Virus record (IMG/VR): IMGVR_UViG_3300003690_003472
Location: 1-64,000 of that record
Direction: 5' to 3' (one strand)
From: a virus
DNA: 64,000 bases
A model generated the notes under the pieces. It had not been told where the DNA came from. It did no database searches and worked only from the letters and a program-made list of their open reading frames with translations. Shown here one piece after another: positions 35,497 through 44,643 of this stretch. The first letter of the stretch is position 1, and each line of letters opens with the position of its first letter. The translations under genes and the position numbers were made by a program.

Positions 35497-35807
35497 TGGT
35501 TTATTATATTGATATAGATGGTACTATTTGCCATTATAAAGATGAAGGGCTAGATTATTCAAAAGCTATTCCTGATATTGATCGTATAGAGAAAGTTAAT
35601 AATTTATATGAAGAGGGAAATGTTGTAATTTACTGGACCGCAAGAGGAAGCAACACAGGCATTGACTGGACAGAACTAACAACGCGCCAATTAAATGACT
35701 GGGGCGCGAAATATACGAAGGTGAGATTTGGAAAGCCTCATTATGATTTATTTATTTGTGACAAAGCAATAAATTCGGAGAAATTTTTTAAAGATGAGCG
35801 ACTATAG
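35493..35807 (+). CDS. Small HAD-like phosphatase (capsule-biosynthesis type)
   Basis: IDIDGTIC, WTARG and GKP.YDLFICDKA. Confidence 0.85.
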   Translation: MMVYYIDIDGTICHYKDEGLDYSKAIPDIDRIEKVNNLYEEGNVVIYWTARGSNTGIDWTELTTRQLNDWGAKYTKVRFGKPHYDLFICDKAINSEKFFKDERL

Positions 35808-35892
35808 CCCAATTCCGGCCCGGAAGATAAATATATATAGGTCTTAAACAAACGATAAATATAAGTTAGTATATTAAAAAGGAAAATAAACA

Positions 35893-36543
35893 GTGAAGTG
35901 GCAAGATTTAGATGATCGCGATAAAATACAATTGTACGCTGGTGATATTCCCCTTGGCCATCCGCAATCAAGAACTCATATAGGACTGTCTCTAGATAAT
36001 GAAAATCAAAATCATATAAAACACGATGTTACACGGCCCTTTCTTCTGCCCGGCGGCTCTGTATATTCTTTTCAAAGCGAAGATGTTTTTGAACACATTG
36101 AATATGAGAAAATGCCTGCGGTGCTAAATGAGATTTATCGCATACTCCGCCCCGGCGGCTTATGTAGGATATCGGTACCAGATTATCGTTGTGATGTTTT
36201 ATATAATCGTTCCATAAAAACACGAACTGGAGAATTAGTTTTCGACCCAGGCGGTGGAGGGGAGCTAGTTGTTAATTCTGAAACAAACATTTTTTCAGTT
36301 GTTAGCGGAGGTCACGTTTGGTTTCCCACATATGAAAATGTTAAAGATATAATTGAAAAAACAAGGTTCGGGAGCGAAGGAAAATATGAATTTTTACACT
36401 GTCATTATTCTGGCGCCACCGAACTAAAAGAAATTGATTACTTTTTGGGATATATCTCTAGAACACCAGATCACGACGAAAGAGTTAAAAACCCAAGACG
36501 CCCAATGTCGATTGTGGTAGATTTATATACGGAAAAAAAATAA
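35893..36543 (+). CDS. SAM-dependent methyltransferase-like protein
   Basis: SEDVFEHI, EIYRILRPGG..RISVPD. Confidence 0.75.
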   Translation: MKWQDLDDRDKIQLYAGDIPLGHPQSRTHIGLSLDNENQNHIKHDVTRPFLLPGGSVYSFQSEDVFEHIEYEKMPAVLNEIYRILRPGGLCRISVPDYRCDVLYNRSIKTRTGELVFDPGGGGELVVNSETNIFSVVSGGHVWFPTYENVKDIIEKTRFGSEGKYEFLHCHYSGATELKEIDYFLGYISRTPDHDERVKNPRRPMSIVVDLYTEKK

Positions 36544-37529
36544 TGAAAACAGCACTAATAACAGGGATTACAGGACAAGATGGCTCTTATCTGGCAGACT
36601 TTTTACTAGAAAAGGGTTATAAGGTGGTTGGACTAAAAAGACGCTCATCTTTGTTGTGCACAGATAGAGTGGATCACATCTATAATAATCCAAACTTTGA
36701 ATTACGTTATTTTAATTTAAACGATAGCGGTTGCTTTTTAAGACTTTTGTTGGAATATAAACCGGATGAAGTATATAATTTAGCAGCTCAATCACACGTA
36801 AAAGTTTCTTTTGAAACGCCCGAAGAGACGGTAGAGTCGATTGCAATGGGAACTTTGAGGTTATTGGAAACCATTAGAGCTGTCAATCCAAAGATTAGAT
36901 TTTATCAAGCCTCATCTTCAGAAATGTATGGCATAAATCCAAACTTCCCGTACAATGAAGAATCTAGATTTATGCCAGCTTCTCCATATGCTTGCGCAAA
37001 AACTTTTGCACACAATTTAGTACAAAACTATAGAGTTGGCTATAATATGCATGCATCTTGTGGAATATTATTTAATCACGAATCTCCGAGAAGAGGAGAA
37101 ACTTTTGTTACTAGAAAAATAAGTTTGGCCTGCGCAAAAATTAAACTTGGCCTGCAAGATAAATTATATTTAGGCAACTTAAATGGCAAAAGAGATTGGG
37201 GATTTGCTGGTGATTATGTTGACGCAATGTGGAGAATACTACAACAAAAGAAGCCAGATGATTATGTTATAGCCACTGGAGAAATGCACACAGTACAAGA
37301 ATTTGTAGAATGTGTATTCAATTTCGCAGATTTGGATCATAGAAAATATATAATACAAGATAAAAGTTTGCAACGCCCACAAGAAGTTCCTGCACTAAAA
37401 GGGGATTATTCTAAAGCAAAAGAAATTTTAAATTGGGAACCTACTGTAAAATTTGAAGAATTAGCTAAAATGATGTATAAAGAAGATTTAAAAGTACTTC
37501 TAGAGGGGAAAAATAAAATTGGTTTCTAA
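36543..37529 (+). CDS. gmd: GDP-mannose 4,6-dehydratase
   Basis: ALITGITGQDGSYLA, LAAQSHV, ASSSE, SPYACAK, NHESPRRGETFVTRK and RDWG. Confidence 0.97.
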   Translation: MKTALITGITGQDGSYLADFLLEKGYKVVGLKRRSSLLCTDRVDHIYNNPNFELRYFNLNDSGCFLRLLLEYKPDEVYNLAAQSHVKVSFETPEETVESIAMGTLRLLETIRAVNPKIRFYQASSSEMYGINPNFPYNEESRFMPASPYACAKTFAHNLVQNYRVGYNMHASCGILFNHESPRRGETFVTRKISLACAKIKLGLQDKLYLGNLNGKRDWGFAGDYVDAMWRILQQKKPDDYVIATGEMHTVQEFVECVFNFADLDHRKYIIQDKSLQRPQEVPALKGDYSKAKEILNWEPTVKFEELAKMMYKEDLKVLLEGKNKIGF

Positions 37530-38367
37530 ACAAACAATAGGTATAGTTGGGCAAGGTTTTGTGGGACTAGCTCTTAAAAAAGGCTTTGAAAAATATTTTT
37601 ATATTGAAACCTATGATAAATATAAAGAGGAAGAATCAAGTTGTACAACAATAGAAGAATTAAGCAAAAAAGCTAATATCATTTTTGCATGTGTACCAAC
37701 GCCAATGAATAGAGATGGAAGTTGTGATTTAAACACAATAAAAGAAGTTGTTCGCGGGATCAACGAAAGTCTCAACGATAATATTATTGTAATTAAGTCA
37801 ACCATACCTCCAGGCACTACAAATAAATTAAACTTAGAATATAAAAATATACAAATTGTTTTTAATCCAGAATTTCTAACAGAGGCTAATTTTATTGAGG
37901 ACTTTAAAAATCAATCAAAAATTATTATTGGAGGACCACGACATGCGTCGACCGTTGTGAAAAATCTATATAGAAAAGCATTTCCAACCACACCATTAAT
38001 AAAAACAGATTCTAAGACAGCCGAATTAGTTAAGTATTTTACTAATTGTTTTTTAGCTACTAAAGTAAGCTTCTCTAACGAGTTTAGGCAAATTTGTGAA
38101 AAAAGTGATATAGATTATGATAAAGTATTAGAATATGCACTTTATGATAAAAGACTAGGAAAGACTCATTTTTCCTCACCCGGACCAGACGGAAAATATG
38201 GTTTTGGTGGATCGTGTTTTCCAAAAGATTTAAATGCATTAATTAAAACATCAGAAGATTTAGGTGTAAATCCAAAAGTATTAAAAGCTGTTTGGGAAAA
38301 AAACCTAGAGGTAAGACCTGAAAAAGATTGGGAAAATTTAAAAGGACGGGCCGTGACTGAATTGTGA
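37519..38367 (+). CDS. ugd: UDP-glucose/GDP-mannose 6-dehydrogenase family, short form (no C-terminal UDP-binding domain)
   Basis: GQGFVG, CVPTP, IKSTIPPG, NPEFL, AELVKY..N.FLA.K and GFGGSCFPKD. Only 282 aa. Confidence 0.85.
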   Translation: MVSKQTIGIVGQGFVGLALKKGFEKYFYIETYDKYKEEESSCTTIEELSKKANIIFACVPTPMNRDGSCDLNTIKEVVRGINESLNDNIIVIKSTIPPGTTNKLNLEYKNIQIVFNPEFLTEANFIEDFKNQSKIIIGGPRHASTVVKNLYRKAFPTTPLIKTDSKTAELVKYFTNCFLATKVSFSNEFRQICEKSDIDYDKVLEYALYDKRLGKTHFSSPGPDGKYGFGGSCFPKDLNALIKTSEDLGVNPKVLKAVWEKNLEVRPEKDWENLKGRAVTEL

Positions 38368-38561
38368 AACTAGCGATTGGACAATTAGTGACACACCAGC
38401 GCCGTTGGGATTATAAATTAGGACTTATAACTAAAATATTATATACTGAAAAAAATATTCCCTTGTATGTTGTTTTGTGGACGAAGCTTATGTTTCATGA
38501 ACCGCGTACAATTTGGCACTTAGAAGATGAATTAAAAGTGCTTAAAAATGTCTATAGTTAA
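38364..38561 (+). CDS. Hypothetical protein (65 aa)
   Basis: Short coupled ORF with GTG start. Confidence 0.55.
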   Translation: MKLAIGQLVTHQRRWDYKLGLITKILYTEKNIPLYVVLWTKLMFHEPRTIWHLEDELKVLKNVYS

Positions 38562-38579
38562 GAACAAAAGGAGACTACA

Positions 38580-38819
38580 ATGACTACATTACAACATAAA
38601 AATTTATCAAAACAAGCTTTGGGGGCGCTAATGATGGCGCTTCAAAAATCACTTCTAGAACAAAGCGATATTGTTCCAATTTTAGAGGGATTTAAATTTG
38701 TTGACTCAACAGAGGGGTTAGTTGTATTAAATCCCCCCATTGTTAAATTTGATGATGCAGCTGAAGAAAACTTACAACAAAGTTTTAATTTTGACAAGTC
38801 TACAGGAAAATCTGAGTAA
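38580..38819 (+). CDS. Hypothetical protein (79 aa)
   Basis: Strong SD AAGGAG. Confidence 0.75.
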   Translation: MTTLQHKNLSKQALGALMMALQKSLLEQSDIVPILEGFKFVDSTEGLVVLNPPIVKFDDAAEENLQQSFNFDKSTGKSE

Positions 38820-38821
38820 TA

Positions 38822-39076
38822 ATGCCCATTTATATCTATATTTGTAAAGATTGCGACAGTGAGACAAAAATTAGCCATTCTATGTCTGAGACAATTGAAC
38901 ATTGTGAGGCATGTGACGCCACAGGAACACTTGTTAGAATGCCTTCTATGTTTCTTCATATAAAAGAAACATCGAAACAAGAAACAACTGCCGCCTCTCG
39001 CGTCAAAGAGTTTATTGAAGAGGCTAAAGATGACCTTAGTGAACAAAAAAAAATATTGAGGGATAAAAATGATTGA
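38822..39076 (+). CDS. FmdB-like zinc-ribbon protein
   Basis: MPIY.Y.CKDC ... CEAC. Confidence 0.8.
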   Translation: MPIYIYICKDCDSETKISHSMSETIEHCEACDATGTLVRMPSMFLHIKETSKQETTAASRVKEFIEEAKDDLSEQKKILRDKND

Positions 39077-39380
39077 AATATTATTAGGATTTTCTATACT
39101 ACTAAATGGATTTTTTATTTGGTACATTATTAAATTATTAAAAAAGTTTCTTAATGTTTCTGAAGAGTTAGAGGGACTTTTTGTATCTCTTGAGGAATAT
39201 TCTGAACATGTTAATATTGTTTATAAGCTAGAAAGATTTTATGGTGATGCAACATTAGAAAATTTATTGAAACATTCTAAAGCAATTTCCAATCAAGCCA
39301 AGATTTTTCGTACGATTTACGATATGGAATATGAAGAAGACGAAGAAGATGAAGAGAGTTTTGAAGAAAATGAAGAGTAA
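39069..39380 (+). CDS. Membrane-anchored coiled-coil protein with an acidic tail
   Basis: N-terminal hydrophobic helix, then helical heptads and an EEDEEDEE tail. Confidence 0.7.
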   Translation: MIEILLGFSILLNGFFIWYIIKLLKKFLNVSEELEGLFVSLEEYSEHVNIVYKLERFYGDATLENLLKHSKAISNQAKIFRTIYDMEYEEDEEDEESFEENEE

Positions 39381-39383
39381 CAT

Positions 39384-40082
39384 ATGGAAAAAAAAAGAAA
39401 TAAAAATCACTATTTTACAAAAGTGCACGAGCAGGCAATAATTGATTATTGCTTAACCGTCGACCTAAAAATAAGAAATCAATTATATGAAATATATATT
39501 GGACCCGCTTTTAATGAAATGGTTGACAAAATTGTTTATACTTACAAATTTACTAATTTACCAAACATTGATTGTTTAAAAGATGATTGTAAGCATTGGT
39601 TAATAACAGTGCTTGGTAAATATGATCCCAACAAAGGCTCTAAAGCTTTTTCTTACTTTAGTGTTATAACAAAAAACTGGTTTATACATCGAGTTAAAAA
39701 AAATAGCCAAAGAACAAAAAGAGAAACGTTAATTGAAAACTATATCTTATCTATAGATTCTGATTACAATCTTTCTAACCATCCTTTAGTTTCATATAAC
39801 ACAATAATTGAAGATGCCATAAATAAAGAATTTTGGAATTCCTTTAAAAAACAAATAGAAAAATGGGAAAAGCTTCCCGTAAGGCAGAATGAAAAAAAAG
39901 TTATTCAAGCAATTAAAATTCTTTTTGAAGAGTCTGAAAATATAGAAATTTTTAATAAAAAAGCTATTTATCTATACATAAGAGAAATTACAGGCCTTAA
40001 TACTAAACAAGTCGTAAGTTCTTTAAATAAAATAAGAGTTCGATATAGGGAATTTAAGACAAAATGGAACAGCGAAAAATAA
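39384..40082 (+). CDS. Phage RNA polymerase sigma factor-like protein (gp55-like late sigma)
   Basis: HYFTKVHEQAIIDY and YDPNKGSKAFSYFSVITKNW (region 2-like), plus C-terminal HTH-like LYIREITGLNTKQV. Positioned just before the structural genes. Confidence 0.7.
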   Translation: MEKKRNKNHYFTKVHEQAIIDYCLTVDLKIRNQLYEIYIGPAFNEMVDKIVYTYKFTNLPNIDCLKDDCKHWLITVLGKYDPNKGSKAFSYFSVITKNWFIHRVKKNSQRTKRETLIENYILSIDSDYNLSNHPLVSYNTIIEDAINKEFWNSFKKQIEKWEKLPVRQNEKKVIQAIKILFEESENIEIFNKKAIYLYIREITGLNTKQVVSSLNKIRVRYREFKTKWNSEK

Positions 40083-40369
40083 AAAATGTTGAAGAATATA
40101 TAAAAGAATCAATTACCAACATCAGAAACGACCGTGCCATTACTTCCATTCTATTAACTGATTTGTTAACAGAGATGAAAAAAACATCTGATTTAGAAAC
40201 CCACAAGCAGTTAGGCCTTATTGCTTCAAAATATGTAGAAACCCTACAGCGCTCAAATGAACAATTAGTTAAAATAACTGGATTATTAAGTAAAAACAAA
40301 GGATCATCTATTCAACTAAATGATGAAGATAAAGAACAACTTTTTGATCTAATTCAGGGTGGTGAATAA
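40064..40369 (+). CDS. Hypothetical helical protein (101 aa)
   Basis: Coupled ORF between the sigma gene and the baseplate genes. Confidence 0.7.
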   Translation: MEQRKIKNVEEYIKESITNIRNDRAITSILLTDLLTEMKKTSDLETHKQLGLIASKYVETLQRSNEQLVKITGLLSKNKGSSIQLNDEDKEQLFDLIQGGE

Positions 40370-43300
40370 GTGGGATCGATTATTAACAGACTACCCTCTA
40401 CGCCACGAAAGGCCCTCGCGAGCTTTAATATACCACCCGGCTACCTTAATGATTTTAATGTTGATGATATTGATTTTGAAAGTATTGATTTTCAATCTGA
40501 AAGTCCTGAATCTATTTTAAACCGAGTTCGCGACAAGGTTTTCTCTTCAAATAAATTTAAAACCTCCGGAACATTAATAGGAGTATTAATGAGAACGGAT
40601 AAAGATTTTAGTGAACATTGCACTTCATTAGAAATTGCTGCGGGCTCAGGGCAGGCACCCAAATCAAGAAAATATGCATTAAACACTTATAAAATCAGAA
40701 TTCCAGAACTTCATTTTATGTTGCCCGTTCCCAACAGCGTAACTACGCCAGACAAACAAGATAAAATTATTATGGATTCTTATCCCACGATACAAGCGGC
40801 AGATACTTCAGTCAACAATCAACCCATGTTACCTGGAGACTTAGTTAAAGTTGAAATTGCTAACAAGGGTGCAATATCAAGATTATATTGTACTGGGCCA
40901 CTAGACCCTAAAGCAACTGGCATGAGCAGATATGATAAAGAGAAATGTTATGCTGATTGTTTAGCAGAATTCACGCAAGGCGGTTCTGTTGGGGATTGCG
41001 CTGGTCAAGGGGAAAATTTAGCTAAATTAAATAGTGGTATACCACCAATTTCAACTGGCGGGTTAGTATCACTCCACAACGAAATTAGAGGACCGTACAA
41101 TAAACCGGCCGAAAATTGGTTAGCAAAAATTATTAAAGGATTACAGGCTAACAATAAATATAAAGGAGTGGTTTGGCTTGGGCCTATGGGCGACGGCAGT
41201 GATAATGATGATTTGGAGCGCGTCCAACCGGCGAAAGGTGGCCGCCAAATGCTAATATATGTACCAGTAGGAGTAAATTTAAAATCTAGAATAGAAATAA
41301 TATATTGGTTTCATAACAGTGCGGACTTTGCAGATAATAATTCTCCAAAAACATTATGGACTGGTTTACAGGAGCCTTTAAGTACTATGTTGAAGAAAGC
41401 TGGCAATAAAGACGTGCGCAATTTTGTACTTGTGGTACCTGAAATGTTGTGGTCTCGCGGTAAAGACTACAAAAGCGGCCAAACAAAGCGCGTCCAAGCT
41501 AAAATTAATTTAAAACCTTTTGAGAGTAAAAGATATAGAGATAGACATTGGGGTGCCTGGGGATTTGACGGTAAAATAAAAAATGATCTATCAGTAAAAC
41601 CGAGCGACGGAACACCTGTCGCCATGTCCGCCACGAACACCAGTCCTGCAGGCGCTGCCGTCGGCGGAGATATTTCTAAACTGCATACTAAAGTATTAAA
41701 GGTTTTAGAGGAAATTAACGGCTCGGCAACCGTTAGTAATCCATGGATAACTTTAGTTGGAGATAGATATGGAAGCGCCGCCTTGGGCGTTTTGGCGCGC
41801 AAAAGTTCTAGTGGTTTTGACGTTTTTGATGGTAAGCCGCCCAATAAAATACAATATTTTCACGGTGGTTATAGCGGAACACCCCTCAATGCATACTGTG
41901 ACAATGATTTATATCACATTATCAATTCTATAGGCAGCAGCGTTGCATTAGAGGTGCACTTGGGGGATCCTAAAACAAATGAACTTGATGGAACACCCGC
42001 TAGTTTTGTACCTCGCCGCGCCGCGGCAGCTTTTTTTGGATCTTTAAATTCTGCTTCAAAACTAGGCACTGAATTTAATGAAGCACTTCAAAGTGTTAAT
42101 AATACAATTAGCAAGGCAGGATTTGAATCCACAGGCGTCAATATAAAAGAAAACGAAGATGATATAATGAATGAATACGCCGCGGCCAACGCCGCCCACG
42201 GTGAGTTAAAAAAGCTTTATGATAAAGGCCTCGGCTTTATAAGTGGTGGAAAAACAGTTCGCATGTCGGGGCCATGGAAAAATATTGTTTTTAAAAAATG
42301 GAACGATACAAATACTTATAAATGGTTAACTTGGTTATCAGTCCCGGGCGAGGTTCCTACTGCTTTTTCCATTGAAACCGCTGAAGATGAACTTAATTCT
42401 AACCCAACAAAGCCCGGTACTCAAACTTGTAAAACTCCAGCTGCATATGATAAAGATGGAAAAGCATATGATAAAGATGGAAATCCACTTCCAGCCTGTA
42501 ATTTAAAATCAACAGAAGATCTCTGTCCGAAAGGGTCCTTGAAAAATCATACACCAAAACCAATTCCTCCAGAGCAAGTTGCAGCGTGTGAAAAGGCATG
42601 TGGCATAGTAGGTGCCTCAGAGAAAGCTCACGATGGAAAATTCTTTAATCAAGCAGATGCACACCCCATTGAAAATTTAATTATGGGCGTGCCTGCTCCT
42701 AATTTTAAATCAAATGACAGAAAACGAGATCCAAGTAAAATAACAACTATAGTGATGCATCAGAGTTGTGTTCCTTCTCGCAGCGGTACCATCAGAACAT
42801 TAAACGGTGGTAATAAGGGGAATCTTTGGCTAGGGACTCACTTTACTATTGATAAAAGCGGTAAAATTCAACAACACGTTGATCCAGAAAGATCAACAGC
42901 CCACGCGGGTTCAAAATTTAATTCCAAATCGATTGGAATTGATATACTTACGTGGTGTAAATATGGTGAAACCAAGAGCAGCGGGCTAAAAGACCGGGAC
43001 GCGGCATGGGCAGCTGGAACCGATGCGCAAAGCAAGTTTGCAAAGAAGTACGGGGTCGCCGCTATAAATCAGCTTATAAAAACCGGTTTAGGATGGAAGG
43101 GCATGCAGGTAGTAGGTAACCTTACCATGTTTGAAAAAACCTACCAACTAGTTAAAGCGCTTGTCGCCAAATATCCATCGCTCCAGTTTAAGTTTCCAGG
43201 CGCCACCCCCGGCGGCTATTTGTTTGATCAAGGGCCCGGAAATACTGGAATTGTTGCCCATGGTCACGTTTCGGGCGCCCGCTCCGACGGGCGCTATATA

Positions 43301-43486
43301 ACTCTTTATATGCACCTGCGACATTCCGGCAAAGGCCAGTTCAAGTCGTACGCGAATGTATTGAGGATGGCATGGCATTCAGGCGGCTATGATTCAGTGT
43401 CCCAGGGTAACGAATCAACAGGGAAGTCGCCAAAGAAAGTAAGAAAAGTTCCATGGTCCGCGGGCACCGGGCCCAACCCACTTTGA
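40370..43486 (+). CDS. Baseplate hub/tail lysin: gp5-like OB region, degenerate alpha/beta-hydrolase-like domain and C-terminal N-acetylmuramoyl-L-alanine amidase (Amidase_2)
   Basis: PGDLVKV (OB). IYWFH, VLVVPE and ITLVGDRYGS. IVMHQS, HFTIDKSG.I.Q.V, AHAG, SIGIDI and IVAH.....RSD. Confidence 0.7.
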   Translation: MGSIINRLPSTPRKALASFNIPPGYLNDFNVDDIDFESIDFQSESPESILNRVRDKVFSSNKFKTSGTLIGVLMRTDKDFSEHCTSLEIAAGSGQAPKSRKYALNTYKIRIPELHFMLPVPNSVTTPDKQDKIIMDSYPTIQAADTSVNNQPMLPGDLVKVEIANKGAISRLYCTGPLDPKATGMSRYDKEKCYADCLAEFTQGGSVGDCAGQGENLAKLNSGIPPISTGGLVSLHNEIRGPYNKPAENWLAKIIKGLQANNKYKGVVWLGPMGDGSDNDDLERVQPAKGGRQMLIYVPVGVNLKSRIEIIYWFHNSADFADNNSPKTLWTGLQEPLSTMLKKAGNKDVRNFVLVVPEMLWSRGKDYKSGQTKRVQAKINLKPFESKRYRDRHWGAWGFDGKIKNDLSVKPSDGTPVAMSATNTSPAGAAVGGDISKLHTKVLKVLEEINGSATVSNPWITLVGDRYGSAALGVLARKSSSGFDVFDGKPPNKIQYFHGGYSGTPLNAYCDNDLYHIINSIGSSVALEVHLGDPKTNELDGTPASFVPRRAAAAFFGSLNSASKLGTEFNEALQSVNNTISKAGFESTGVNIKENEDDIMNEYAAANAAHGELKKLYDKGLGFISGGKTVRMSGPWKNIVFKKWNDTNTYKWLTWLSVPGEVPTAFSIETAEDELNSNPTKPGTQTCKTPAAYDKDGKAYDKDGNPLPACNLKSTEDLCPKGSLKNHTPKPIPPEQVAACEKACGIVGASEKAHDGKFFNQADAHPIENLIMGVPAPNFKSNDRKRDPSKITTIVMHQSCVPSRSGTIRTLNGGNKGNLWLGTHFTIDKSGKIQQHVDPERSTAHAGSKFNSKSIGIDILTWCKYGETKSSGLKDRDAAWAAGTDAQSKFAKKYGVAAINQLIKTGLGWKGMQVVGNLTMFEKTYQLVKALVAKYPSLQFKFPGATPGGYLFDQGPGNTGIVAHGHVSGARSDGRYITLYMHLRHSGKGQFKSYANVLRMAWHSGGYDSVSQGNESTGKSPKKVRKVPWSAGTGPNPL
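42443..42484 (+). repeat. 21-bp tandem duplication encoding AYDKDG(K/N) twice
   Basis: gcatatgataaagatggaaaa / gcatatgataaagatggaaat, 20 of 21 bases identical. Confidence 0.9.
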
Positions 43487-43510
43487 CCCAAAAGGATAGG
43501 AGAAATAATT

Positions 43511-44620
43511 ATGGATTTTGATACAGGAACATCTAGTCCAGGAGTACCGCCGTTAGGTGACCCTTTGACGCCCTCCGGTTGGAATCGCGATTGGAGACCA
43601 CCATCTTTATTTGCCGATTTTAAAGACGCAGATATGCCAGAAGAAGAGTTGGCAAGTTATAGCGGAATTGATGGTGCGCCAAGTAGCGAACTTTATTCTC
43701 TTTTGAATGCCGATAAAGCAACTGAAAGAGTGCTTGAAACCCAATATGGTTCCCACATTCGAATCGGCCGGGATCGAATGAACGAAAAGGATGATCCAAA
43801 AAGTGGAAAAAATTACGAATTTGGAGATGGATACGGCCCCGCCGGTGCCGCAGGTTGTGGTGCAGTTGATATTGTTGCCGGTTTAAATTCTATTGGTTTA
43901 TGGACCCCCGAAAGAAATGCGATGGGCATGCCGAATCCCACCGCACTTCCAAGACCTCCTGAGCCACCACTTAAAGTAAATCCAAATTATGCGCGCGACG
44001 CAGCAAGAGTATATATTTCTGCGCAGTGTGACGTTGATAGGCTGTTTGATTTGCAGAAAGGTACTATTGCTCCCAGTCCGGGAAAATCAGCAGCAGTAGT
44101 TAAGGCAGATCAAGTTAGAATTATTGGACGCGAAGGCGTTAAAATTCAGACCGGCACAGAGGAGACAAATTCTTTTGGACGTCCAGCGATGGCAGTTACT
44201 CCCATTAATTTTATTGCAGGTGATGCTCCACCATCTATGATGCAACCATTAGCAAAAGGAAAAAACGTTTTGAAGTCTTTAAATTCTTTACTGGATAGAA
44301 TTAATCAATTATCTGGAATTGTAGATAAATTTCTTCAATTTCAAATGAAGTTTAATGGAGCCATAATGGCTCACACACACCCTGACGGCGTGGCGATAAG
44401 TATTGGAGTTTTATCCGGCGCAGGCCCAACGGCTTTTATGAATGGATCTGTTTTGATGTCGTGGGATATGTCAGTGACTGGTTTTGAAGCTTGCATATCG
44501 GGACTCCTTGCCAAAAAAGATCTTATGATATTTAAGGGTGCAATGGTAGGGACCAAATTGGAAGGGTTACATCAATTTAGTCCTAAATATATTTGCAGTC
44601 GACAAGTTTTTACAAGTTAA
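43511..44620 (+). CDS. Baseplate central spike-like protein
   Basis: Beta-rich GSHIRIGRDR, AVDIVAG and VKADQVRIIGREGVKI. C-terminal HTH-P (HxH) at 44372-44380, as in metal-tipped spikes. Confidence 0.6.
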   Translation: MDFDTGTSSPGVPPLGDPLTPSGWNRDWRPPSLFADFKDADMPEEELASYSGIDGAPSSELYSLLNADKATERVLETQYGSHIRIGRDRMNEKDDPKSGKNYEFGDGYGPAGAAGCGAVDIVAGLNSIGLWTPERNAMGMPNPTALPRPPEPPLKVNPNYARDAARVYISAQCDVDRLFDLQKGTIAPSPGKSAAVVKADQVRIIGREGVKIQTGTEETNSFGRPAMAVTPINFIAGDAPPSMMQPLAKGKNVLKSLNSLLDRINQLSGIVDKFLQFQMKFNGAIMAHTHPDGVAISIGVLSGAGPTAFMNGSVLMSWDMSVTGFEACISGLLAKKDLMIFKGAMVGTKLEGLHQFSPKYICSRQVFTS

Positions 44621-44643
44621 ACAATTATGAATGAGGTTAGATA

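Noticed and set aside
16236-38367. Bacterial chromosomal O-antigen/capsule locus, or a host-phage chimeric contig
   Set aside because: No wzx/wzy/wzm/wzt or initiating transferase, no housekeeping flanks, and uniform AT-rich style continuous with phage genes on both sides. Read-level checking is still advisable.
38791-38823. Sigma70 promoter at TTGACA 38791
   Set aside because: It lies in coding sequence and no acceptable -10 hexamer occurs at 16-18 nt spacing.
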